Shown here piece by piece: positions 19,801-28,498 of a DNA stretch of 64,000 nucleotides. Under the pieces are notes generated by a model. That model was not told the DNA's origin and made no database searches. It saw only the letters and a list, made by a program, of their open reading frames with translations. The stretch is from Candidatus Poseidonia alphae (GTDB taxonomy: Archaea; Thermoplasmatota; Poseidoniia; Poseidoniales; Poseidoniaceae). The stretch covers positions 5,336-69,335 of the forward strand of contig DAVD01000027.1 in NCBI GenBank assembly GCA_002505405.1, in the 5' to 3' direction. How positions within the stretch are numbered: the stretch's first letter is position 1; each line of letters opens with the position of its first letter. Both the position numbers and the translations under genes were made by a program.

Positions 19801-22759
19801 TACGTTGCCCAACGCCAATGTGCTCTTCTCCATCGATGGAGTTCCAACCGGGTTTACGGTAACAGGTGGAGCAATTGGTACCGGTGGATTCTGGAACGCA
19901 AGCCTACGCCTCACGGAAACCTTCGGCGCCGGAACTCATGTTCTGGAAGCAACGTACCTCCCCAATGTCAACTATTACGTGGGGTCGGAAAACAACACAA
20001 CCTTTGATTCCAGAGGCTTCTCCACACTTGACTTCATCCTACCAAGCCTCGACGGACTTGGGCAACCTTCGTTGAACGATCGTACAGACCGCGGAACCAA
20101 CGTGTCCTTCCAAGTTCTATTGCGTGACAACCAAGGTGAGGCAATGGGCAATCAATCGCTGACCGTATCCCTTCCAGGAACCAACGTAAGCGGCGTCTTT
20201 GTAACTGCACCTAACGGTAGCGCCTTTGGTACGCTTCTCGTACCGTATGACTCATCAGTCGGCCCCGCAGACATTCGGGCATCCTTCGTTGGAATCTCTG
20301 GTACAACTGGAATCATTGGTTCAAACGGTACAACGCTCTTTGTTGTGTTAGCCGCAACCAACCTTACCATTGCAGATGCTCCAACCGTCCTCACTGCTGG
20401 AGATTCACTAACGGTCAGTGGGACGTTGCTTGACGACCTTGGAATGCCGCTTGTGGAAGCAGGCGCACCTGCGACTGCAGTTGTTCATCTCACGATTGAT
20501 GGTGTTCCAGTGGCCAGCATTGAGACCAATGCAACCGACGGTTCCTACACCCTTGGATACACGTTACCTGAAGACACAGCAGCTGGTCCTCACGTGATTG
20601 GTGTCGAATTCCGCGGTGGTCGCGACTGGGTTGACCCAGTCGGCTACGGAGATATCGTCAATCCGGAATACTACTTGCCGAGTTCAGAAACCGTTGGTTT
20701 CAACGTCAGTGTCCCTACTGAAATTATATTCTTGACCCCAACTGGCCAGGCAGACCGTGAATCAACCATGACCCTTGAAGGTCAACTGGTTGACCTTGTT
20801 GACAACAGCCTGCCGAATTTGACGATTGGAATCTGGCTTGATGGAGAATGGTTGACCAATACCACGACCGATGAAAACGGATACTTCATCGCCGTCCACC
20901 CGGTTCCTGCTGACGCACAACTTGGTCCGCTCTCTGTTGAGATTCGTTTCACTGGGACAGTGGCCTATTTGCCGAGCAATGCAACAGGTGTTTGGGAGAT
21001 CTTTAGCCCGATCCTCGTGACCGTTGATATGACCTCTCCAGTTGCCGTCAATGAAACGGTTACTGTAAGCGGGACTGTAGTTGATAATCAACTGCTTGGA
21101 ATCGCTGGGCATGAAGTTCAGTTGGTTGTAGAAGGAATTGTCATCACTTCAATCACTACCGATGAAAACGGGGCATTTTCTTATGATTGGTTTGTTCCCG
21201 ACATCTTCGCATTCGGTAACCACACGCTTGAAGCGGATGTGGCTTCACAAGGATACTACCGCTCAGGTACAGGAAATGTGACCTTCTTCCTCTCGCATCG
21301 CTCTTGGGTTACGCTTCTGTTTGAAGACGGCATCGAGGCCACCCGTGGTGATTCATGGGAGGTTAACGGCCGCCTGTATGATTATGATACGGTCGAACGA
21401 GAGGGTTTGGTTGGAATGATGGTTGACATCTCGATGGATGGAGTTCCATTGTTCTCGACCGTGACCGGTGCCGACGGATTATGGTCCGCAAGCATCCCTG
21501 CGACAATGGACCTTGCTCGTGGAGAGCACACACTGTCCGTTAGTTTCGAAGGTACAACGGCTCATCTCGCTGCTTCAACCAACAGCAACCTAATGGTTTG
21601 GTCGGACGTGATCATTACGCTTGACCCAACCTCGACGTCGATTGTAACGCGTTCTGATGACGTGTTTGCACCAATCGTTTATACCGGTTCAGTACAGGAA
21701 GTAGGTGGCGAAGGAGAAGTCTTTGAAGACCTCGTTTTGACCATCGGCAACGGTTCAGAATGTGCAAATGGCCGTGAAGGTGCTCAATGTTTCCGGACCG
21801 TCCTCATTACATGGGCCAATGGAAACTTTTCAGTGACAGCAACCGCACCTTATTGGCTTGATGTAGGTTCACAGTACTTTGCAGTCGACTCTGCTCGTAA
21901 CGATTCAAACCATCTGAATGCAGGAACCGTGAGCAAGGCAGTCTTTGTACAGGTCGATGCAAACATCGTACCCACGATTGGAGCCATAGTTGAAGGGGTT
22001 CAAGAAGAGATTGATATTGAAGTCCTCATCACCGCTAAAGATACCAAGAATGGAATTCCAGGCATTGACGTTGTGGTTTATCTTTATGATGAAAACAACA
22101 GTCAAATTGCCTCTCAGCAACGCCAAACTGACAATTCTGGTGTGGTGCAGTTTGACTTCCCTGCTGACCCACCGTATGGCGACTATTCCTTCTGGGGCGA
22201 AGTCACCATGGATATTGTCATCAACGACCCACGTATCTCCAGCCAAAGTACACAAGACTTCGAAGCCCTGCGCAGCGAAGGATTTGAATTGAAATATTCC
22301 TACGCTGCTGAAGAATCAACGGTGTCCCCATGGGCCTATGTGATGGTTCTGTTGCTGGGAGCTTTGATCGCTGGAGGAGTCGTCCTCTACCGCCGCAAGG
22401 TTGCTTCTGATGACCTCTTGAAAGACGCTGCTGAAGTGTTTGCCTACACCGCTGAATTGCTCGCCGCTGGTGATGCCGTCCGTGAATCGATCTTCACGTG
22501 TTACCAGGACCTCTGTGGTCTCCTCCAACAACGAGGATTCTTGAGAAGAGATTTCGAAACGGTCCGTGAGTTTGAATTTGCCATCCGTCAGGCGTTGCAT
22601 GGAGTCTCAGATGACGCCCTCACAGCCTTGGACAATACCTTTGAAATGGCTCGTTACAGCCGAGAAGAAATGGGAAGTCAGCATCAAGAAGTGGCCGTGC
22701 AATCACTGACACGAATGGGTACTGAAATCGAACAGATTCAGAAATTCCCTCAGCGCTGA
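13853..22759 (+). CDS. Giant (~2970 aa) surface protein: TSP3-like Ca-binding repeats, transglutaminase-like domain, Ig-like repeats, TM helix and DUF4129-like tail
   Basis: Signal peptide and many DxDGDG repeats. The TGase-like core reads GSCREF...ARLAGLPARQVTGY...W.EV...GWIAFDP. Tandem beta-sandwich repeats are followed by a TM helix and ETVREF...LDNTFEMARYS (DUF4129-like). Confidence 0.85.
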   Translation: MLTGSNLTAATPQLRLSERKNAVKSVFLTLLMVLSSLASIEYLAIDVQAASDQDGDGLTYGLEYLMNTQPNDPDSDNDGLPDGWEWKYGLDPLSSSGADGAVADPDGDGMSNLQEYTYLMPNGWDNPSTGSVLDNGVWWNGTIPVNDWNEENSMQYNQPACGAAGSDGTGSIILCDEDPVGNICTNGFDDDKDGFVDAADPDNDGDADCLSDDDDGDGLIDEDPAGWDTDGDGMNDGWEAANNLNATSPSNADGPNGDPDGDGLTNLMEYVNPTWTTMCGSSPCFRNGPDGAVTETTSPCDPVQGVGPGACATYTAEVDGITSTNPQIADTDGDGLNDSYEALTLLTDPTAADTDGDGIRDGVEVNGAYGNPAQASDPRDNNTDDDAFDDGEEDTNFNGLVDEGETDPTRREDAGDEDNDGIQNWEENLSCTLWNVADTDFGGVSDGDERNISHGTDPCDSLVNFETTFVSYDSSSNQVTLGSGSGFNPGGGVGWYNVSGSWESFAYATIVNTVLQGVSNGPSATPSQVANRNGSFCHTDAVAAGTIGSTQQYCDDDYTDSDQDGLADWQELLGTFGWFSNPNIADSDADGVDDFGEVSDNTDPNEPCANLLDTDGDGLNNYFENNTGCDLNFIGITNGSQDIWVTDYASFDTDQGGVNDRTEYYDGTNPQNDPSDDVQPDDFDGDGVPDAIENQTGTDWTNPDTDGGGLLDGIECPDLYWVANCAGSPFDPFDPTDDILNNDVLFWANNSSGVVDVNSVHRWRVNTNDFYTGSTYAQLDSVHPKEAVSIPYSNLTHLAPLSFANDTIEWTINYNNPINVGQVPVPSFYSNISYVFEAIATFSRNNDTHTVTVDQGPINELWFQEPEYYFDWATLASTTVPGQGFPYELLTDEIFINTSDVHSYVFNVTNGVVTDSGATDAYSVALALEEFLTNGNSSTEFKRNYNGSGTPSILDTTLNILETRKEGSCREFNTLFVTMARLAGLPARQVTGYSGGTWTGEGYAVYAADATTWSEVRLQQNNANGNTDLGWIAFDPCPPAEEMEVVNQTISTLTWSRDSTQDINVTGQLRYAENGTPASEVPVFAYLVPVSEANLVPGPGGPMERLISEGRTDANGTFNFTGVPDAPTAPGMHNIVVEYRQFGYVPNGGAIYDSYVNMTENSTLFHTAPAVINAPVAGAGATTVIEGLLEFENQPLDVFFQLPDQTVWLTYTSSVDGAQNLTGLVDSAGAFTFTLNLSEFETKGNLSATLGYSGWQDTSVTGIPLEAFHLNPTTTSIVLNVTDAPNLTAIIEGPLTNKSILLLDDNIWVNGSAVSVGAAPVPLTGTLQFSIRGNNSGDVWFEVFNTSVTGTFSIQHFLPSSTMVGSGELEVRLRFFPASLPATDDANMSTSVPYFLRGFLGFQVGESAQMRGFDGTVEVSITDHRGFVQDLVLLGDYDFSFDGTWYNTTTDPTGDVVEFSWPLAADLVANDYPIDISFNGSDYYQPSIGNGSIRVQAEIGYNLSIGQDWTHIGNSTFLSGDIFDAFYNTPVLNNNTQIRVTINLEDGPVDIAQSSLNNSTGAFNIPITMPTTIGSGVYDFVVEFDFESQAPLGGAYYSYLDTSLPPSPPTLVSVLGGIESEVVVTAERPNYIIEMNNTVDLIAKITDLADGSNVSGASVEYIWDYGVSNTSLGTVSSDADGNATFSFTPSSIAPGYYDLMVIIQDDISSSLTAGNTRYLGNSTLLNITIQVTSDIQFNNVPTTITAGTPFNVVGQVLDAENSSRPLISAVRLNVFWLEYPDELLLNGFSTTNNGSFNMSVPTDTANNGTQRGPHTLVISVVNESSPFYLTATAQTPIQVMGVSRLENLVPLNAVVINRGNTVNMSAKLVEASDLFAPLAGYDVGLEFHETWLTSATTDGEGFANFSYTVPYDHPLGLIVVQMVYNGSSDLLSTSANLTSITVRSLTFMVVDSITDNPVAGDEFNISGRVTSDNGSGLTQRDNITLPNANVLFSIDGVPTGFTVTGGAIGTGGFWNASLRLTETFGAGTHVLEATYLPNVNYYVGSENNTTFDSRGFSTLDFILPSLDGLGQPSLNDRTDRGTNVSFQVLLRDNQGEAMGNQSLTVSLPGTNVSGVFVTAPNGSAFGTLLVPYDSSVGPADIRASFVGISGTTGIIGSNGTTLFVVLAATNLTIADAPTVLTAGDSLTVSGTLLDDLGMPLVEAGAPATAVVHLTIDGVPVASIETNATDGSYTLGYTLPEDTAAGPHVIGVEFRGGRDWVDPVGYGDIVNPEYYLPSSETVGFNVSVPTEIIFLTPTGQADRESTMTLEGQLVDLVDNSLPNLTIGIWLDGEWLTNTTTDENGYFIAVHPVPADAQLGPLSVEIRFTGTVAYLPSNATGVWEIFSPILVTVDMTSPVAVNETVTVSGTVVDNQLLGIAGHEVQLVVEGIVITSITTDENGAFSYDWFVPDIFAFGNHTLEADVASQGYYRSGTGNVTFFLSHRSWVTLLFEDGIEATRGDSWEVNGRLYDYDTVEREGLVGMMVDISMDGVPLFSTVTGADGLWSASIPATMDLARGEHTLSVSFEGTTAHLAASTNSNLMVWSDVIITLDPTSTSIVTRSDDVFAPIVYTGSVQEVGGEGEVFEDLVLTIGNGSECANGREGAQCFRTVLITWANGNFSVTATAPYWLDVGSQYFAVDSARNDSNHLNAGTVSKAVFVQVDANIVPTIGAIVEGVQEEIDIEVLITAKDTKNGIPGIDVVVYLYDENNSQIASQQRQTDNSGVVQFDFPADPPYGDYSFWGEVTMDIVINDPRISSQSTQDFEALRSEGFELKYSYAAEESTVSPWAYVMVLLLGALIAGGVVLYRRKVASDDLLKDAAEVFAYTAELLAAGDAVRESIFTCYQDLCGLLQQRGFLRRDFETVREFEFAIRQALHGVSDDALTALDNTFEMARYSREEMGSQHQEVAVQSLTRMGTEIEQIQKFPQR

Positions 22760-22765
22760 AGTTGC

Positions 22766-23263
22766 TCACCAGCGAAGATGAAGACGACCGTTGCTGAATT
22801 CGGCAGTTAGGTTTGATGAAGCCTCCTTTGGAAGTGGGATTTCCTTGACCAAAGGGGGCAGGTCTCCATCATTGACTTGAAGTTGAACAACGGTTTGGTC
22901 GTTGATGGTTTTGAACCGCAGGTGGAGGTTGTCGTATGTTGTTCCCAACAACGGGATGGTCAAGCCGTCGGGGTTCATTCTTCCATTGATGGATTCAACA
23001 ATCCAAGATAGAGCCCGTTCAGGTTCTACTTCTGCAAGTGATGTTTCTGGCAGCATACCGGCAGTGACCAGAACTTCTGTGTGCAGTTGGCGAACTTCTG
23101 AGAGGTGTGTTGATTCGGTTTCAAAATTGGCTTGGAGCATCGATGCATCGGGTGAAAAACCGTCCAAACTGGGTGTGTCAGAGTGATCGTTCTTCGTGCT
23201 TAGTGATTGCTCAATTGCGAGAGGTGACCATTCGTCCATGAGGTTTGGATACGACGAGCCCAC
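22766..23263 (-). CDS. Hypothetical protein with a possible Hsp20/alpha-crystallin-like C-terminus
   Basis: 165-aa ORF that fills the gap downstream of the helicase and ends KEIPLP...LTAEFSNGRLHLRW. The start may be ATG 23239. Confidence 0.6.
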   Translation of the reverse strand: MGSSYPNLMDEWSPLAIEQSLSTKNDHSDTPSLDGFSPDASMLQANFETESTHLSEVRQLHTEVLVTAGMLPETSLAEVEPERALSWIVESINGRMNPDGLTIPLLGTTYDNLHLRFKTINDQTVVQLQVNDGDLPPLVKEIPLPKEASSNLTAEFSNGRLHLRW

Positions 23264-23287
23264 ATGAACCTTCGGACGACTCTTCCT

Positions 23288-25405
23288 TCACTCCAGCGTG
23301 GAGTCGGGTTGGATTTTGGAGAAAAACCTCCGAGCAAAATGGCCAGTTGATTCGGGCCCGCTCGATTCGTTCATTCTCAGGTCGTCAGGGAAACAAGAGG
23401 CGTAGGTTCGTTCTGTAACCCTCCGGTCCAACAACACGATGAGAGCCCTATCTCCAATCGAGCGAATAGGACGCCCCATCGCTTGCAAAATGGAATTGAT
23501 CGCTGGCTGAGAAACGGTATACCTCCATGCAAGGTTCCTTCCAAAGCGTTCTTCAGCGTGTGTTTTGAGCGCAGATGACAATACGGAAGGCGGTGAATTT
23601 GGAATGCCAATACATGCAACCGCATCCAGTGCACCGCTGTGATAGTCAACTCCCTCGGAAAGACGAGCATTGAATACGCCGGCGAGTAAAATACGCCGGC
23701 CAGCTTTCTTTTCTTCGAGGAGCGTTTCTACCACTTGATCTAAATCTTGTTTGGTCCAATTACGGTCCTCAACCATCATCCGAACACCAGAGAAATGAGC
23801 TTCTGCGACAGTGGAATTGAGGAGTGCATAGGATGGGGCAAAGACAGCAACGTTTCCTGGGGTCGTGTCAATGAGGGATTGAATGTGCTGGCGCATCAAA
23901 TCGGTGTTTTGAGGGGTTCGTTCGGTATATTTCGTCGTTACATCCGAGGCCACCAGCACCGGCCGTCGCATAGCAGCAAAAGGAGATGCATAGGCTACAG
24001 CGGTGGTCTTGGCTGTCGGTAGCGCCAAGATGTTGGCGTACATGGTGGGTGGATACAGCGTTCCTGACATCAGTACGGCACCGGCTGAGCCGGTAAGGAC
24101 AGGTTTCGAGACCAATCCTGGGTCGAGCAGGTGGGTCGTGATTCGACCATCCTTTCCTTTTGTATCGTACACCATCGTCATTGCAGTTGTGGAGCCGAAG
24201 CGAATGAGACAATCTAAAATTTGGGCGACACGATGAGCGTTTGGCTCCATTGGATTTCCATCGTCTCCAGCGTCCATATCAACATCCACGGTTGAAAGAA
24301 TGTCTCGCAATTGATGAATTCTGACGGCTGGGTCAATGCCATGCTTACGTTGTTGGACAGGTGGGGAATTCAAATTCTTTTGACCGACAATCCCGTCAAC
24401 TTCATCACAGGCACGGTGGAACACTTGGAGGAGGGTTTCAACTTGAACTTCACACTCTTCCTTGTCACCGGTTAAGGATGAGCGAAGACGACTGAAAAAG
24501 TCTGCAAAACTCTTCCTTGAGGTTCGAATAACCTCGAAAGCCCAGTAGGCTAAATCATGGGTTGCTGCCAGCATTTCTCCCCCAGGCATGTTCATGGATT
24601 GTTGAAGCGTGCCGACATACTCTTCCAATTCGGCAAACGTGTTCCGGATCATGGTCTGCGTGAGTCGTTTCTCAAGCGTAAGCCGGATTCGGTCGGGTAG
24701 ATTGTGTGCTTCATCAACAACAACAATGATGTCCTCAAGGGACAGGTCCATGGCTTTCAAACTTGAATCACGAACGCCTTCGTCAAAGAGGTGGTTGTAA
24801 TCTCCAACGAAAACATCTGCTCCATTCACGGCTTCACGGGCCACTTTCCAAGGACATGCTTGGGTCACTTCACCGTTAACGGTATGGGTTCGGGTAAGGG
24901 ATACGAGTTCATCAACGTGAAGAGGTGATTCTAGAATTCGTTCCTTGAGTCCAGGTGCGCTGGTAATCCAAGGCCTGCATGACCTTGATTTTCGGGCTTG
25001 ACTGCACATGAGGGAAAACACAACGGACGATTCCTTGGCGAATTCTTGGACGCACATTCCTGCTTGTCCGACCATGTCTACAAGTCTTATTGGGGCCATG
25101 CCCACTCGTTGTTGGTTGATTTTACGAACCGTATCGACAACGATGCGATGCTGTGTTTGACGGGAGGTGAGGAAGAAGATCGTTTTCCTTTGGGGCTGCT
25201 GGCTTGCGACTTGAAGGGCTGCGGCTAGAGATGCAGCAGTCTTCCCGATTCCCGTCGGGGCTGCAGCGAGGTGGTAACCCCCTTGTTCGAGCGCCTTGAT
25301 GGAATCTTGAATCATCTCAAGTTGCCCAGGCCGAGGTTGTGTGTGGGCGAGGAACGGGAAATGCGGTGGTTGAATCACCTCATTCCCGTCGTTCATATCG
25401 CTCAT
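23288..25405 (-). CDS. xpd: XPD/Rad3-family Fe-S DNA helicase
   Basis: Q motif RPGQ, Walker A APTGIGKT, four Cys in the Fe-S domain (MC, MC, SC, CPW), DEAHN, MSGTL, SEGVDY and QAMGRPIR. Confidence 0.9.
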   Translation of the reverse strand: MSDMNDGNEVIQPPHFPFLAHTQPRPGQLEMIQDSIKALEQGGYHLAAAPTGIGKTAASLAAALQVASQQPQRKTIFFLTSRQTQHRIVVDTVRKINQQRVGMAPIRLVDMVGQAGMCVQEFAKESSVVFSLMCSQARKSRSCRPWITSAPGLKERILESPLHVDELVSLTRTHTVNGEVTQACPWKVAREAVNGADVFVGDYNHLFDEGVRDSSLKAMDLSLEDIIVVVDEAHNLPDRIRLTLEKRLTQTMIRNTFAELEEYVGTLQQSMNMPGGEMLAATHDLAYWAFEVIRTSRKSFADFFSRLRSSLTGDKEECEVQVETLLQVFHRACDEVDGIVGQKNLNSPPVQQRKHGIDPAVRIHQLRDILSTVDVDMDAGDDGNPMEPNAHRVAQILDCLIRFGSTTAMTMVYDTKGKDGRITTHLLDPGLVSKPVLTGSAGAVLMSGTLYPPTMYANILALPTAKTTAVAYASPFAAMRRPVLVASDVTTKYTERTPQNTDLMRQHIQSLIDTTPGNVAVFAPSYALLNSTVAEAHFSGVRMMVEDRNWTKQDLDQVVETLLEEKKAGRRILLAGVFNARLSEGVDYHSGALDAVACIGIPNSPPSVLSSALKTHAEERFGRNLAWRYTVSQPAINSILQAMGRPIRSIGDRALIVLLDRRVTERTYASCFPDDLRMNESSGPESTGHFARRFFSKIQPDSTLE

Positions 25406-25436
25406 GCGAAGACGACCCTCCTAAAGGATTGGGATT

Positions 25437-25726
25437 GAGCGGGATGGCTTACGCTGGTTCCAAATCGATGTGCCCAGATATGTGGGGGCTGGGCACGGGA
25501 ACCACCAACTCAGCAAGCTGGAGTGGAATCAGAGTCCCCCTGGCCGTCATCCAAGGGGGGGGTTGTGGGGTTTTGGTTGGGGTAACCAGGGCCAAGGCGT
25601 GCATGACGGGCACGCTGACACAATGAGGCAAAGCCATGCAAGTTTGACCGAACTTGCTTGGCCGTTGGGGTGGCTCCACTTAGGTTGTATCCAGAGTTTT
25701 GCCAAATCATCCCATCCCCTCCGCTC
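25437..25726 (+). ncRNA. Candidate novel structured non-coding RNA (~290 nt) with a kissing-loop pseudoknot
   Basis: The two ends pair (GAGCGG-GATGG with CCATC..CCGCTC) and enclose about eight internal helices, with G-U pairs favouring the + strand. Hairpin loops CCGTCAT (25544-25550) and ATGACGG (25603-25609) are exact complements. Confidence 0.7.
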
Positions 25727-25734
25727 TCTCACCA

Positions 25735-26109
25735 TTATTCTTGGTATTCACTGCGTCGTATCGTTGCTGCTCTGGACGCCTCCAGAACTGCATCGAGTGT
25801 GTTATTGATCGGCGCCAAGGAAGCTGTAGCCTTGGCGATGTAGAGTTTGATTCCTTCTTGGGCGGCGAGTTCGGGAGTGACTCCAAGCAACTCGTAGAGT
25901 TTCCCAAGTTGTTGTTGGTCGTGGCGGCCCAACGGGATTCGAATGGTTTCCATATCCTGTAGGAGTGGGCGGTTGTGGAGGTATTCTTGGATGGCCATTC
26001 TTACGACATCCGAACGATTCCTGGAGCCCTTGAGCCCGACTTGAGCATCAAGCAATGCAAGATCCTCCTCAGTGATTCTGAGTGATACTGCACTGGTTGG
26101 TTGGCTCAT
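25735..26109 (-). CDS. Ribbon-helix-helix (CopG/Arc/MetJ-type) DNA-binding protein
   Basis: N-terminal AVSLRITEEDLALLD...NRSDVVRMAIQEYL is an RHH signature, and a second RHH-like strand-helix (TIRIPLG...QLGKLYE) follows. GGAGG RBS present. Confidence 0.85.
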   Translation of the reverse strand: MSQPTSAVSLRITEEDLALLDAQVGLKGSRNRSDVVRMAIQEYLHNRPLLQDMETIRIPLGRHDQQQLGKLYELLGVTPELAAQEGIKLYIAKATASLAPINNTLDAVLEASRAATIRRSEYQE

Positions 26110-26144
26110 CTTGGTTCCTCCGTTATCTGTAGACAGATGCGGTC

Positions 26145-26205
26145 ATCATATAAATGTAACCATATAATTACGATTTGTCATAATTTGTAATACACTTGTA
26201 TTCTG
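26145..26205. promoter_or_regulatory. AT-rich divergent promoter region: TATA box of the RHH gene plus TGTA-core repeats
   Basis: TTTATATG on the - strand lies about 40 nt upstream of the RHH ATG. Repeats ATTTGTCATA, ATTTGTAATA and ACTTGTATTC are spaced 10-11 bp apart. Confidence 0.55.
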
Positions 26206-26272
26206 CACCTCATCGACGAGTTCATTAAAACACGACCGAAGTTTGAAAGCGAAGGGAGCGAAACCACGGTTC

Positions 26273-26719
26273 ATGCCTCTCGTCCCAAGCCGTGGCCTCT
26301 ACCTATACCTTGAAATTCTTAAAATCGCTTTTGAGGACGCCATCGTTACAGAAGATGAAGCCCAAATCCTTCATGTCCTCTCGCGATGCCTGGGGGTTGC
26401 GCCTGCAGATACTGCGGAATGCCGATCGGTCATCCTAGGGGAGGTTCCCTCGCCGTTTGAGGAGGATGACGCTTTCGGCGGACACCATATTGGTGACGTC
26501 ACCACCTACCAATCAGCTCTCATCGCCGCTCTGGATGATGATGTTATTTCAGAAGATGAATGGGCGATGCTTGACCATTTGCGCCAGACGATTGGCGTTC
26601 AGGAAGATCAGCATGCACTCATTGAAGAAGCAATCCGTGCAATGGGTGAGATTGACGCTAAAGGGCGAAGGCGTATCGAACGGCTTGAACGGTTCATCAC
26701 CGTTTGTCCCTATCGTTGA
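26273..26719 (+). CDS. Hypothetical protein with two TerB-like helical repeats
   Basis: Internal duplication AFEDAIVTEDEAQILHVLSRCLGV / ALDDDVISEDEWAMLDHLRQTIGV. Start set at ATG 26273. Confidence 0.7.
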   Translation: MPLVPSRGLYLYLEILKIAFEDAIVTEDEAQILHVLSRCLGVAPADTAECRSVILGEVPSPFEEDDAFGGHHIGDVTTYQSALIAALDDDVISEDEWAMLDHLRQTIGVQEDQHALIEEAIRAMGEIDAKGRRRIERLERFITVCPYR

Positions 26720-26774
26720 ATCCAATTGGTCCTGTGTTCAGGGTTTGTTGAGGTAAACTAGGGACAACCATTAG

Positions 26775-28494
<1,720 letters not shown>

Positions 28495-28498
<4 letters not shown>

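Noticed and set aside
25437-25726. Identification as SRP RNA, RNase P RNA or a group I/II intron
   Set aside because: The size fits SRP or RNase P, but the SRP helix-8 motif and rod shape are absent. RNase P-like words (GAGTCCCCC, GGCTTA) are in the wrong order and lack the GAGGAA/ACAGAA context. No intron catalytic-domain motifs were found.
25547-25735. 62-aa - strand ORF starting in a TAATG overlap with the RHH stop, other short ORFs at 25339-25843, and a G8 tract (25555-25562) suggesting phase variation
   Set aside because: The translations are Pro/Trp/Gly-rich and unlike proteins in every frame, and no frameshift at the G8 tract gives a recognisable protein. The G run is explained by helix pairing in the RNA model. 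Not fully excluded without comparative data.
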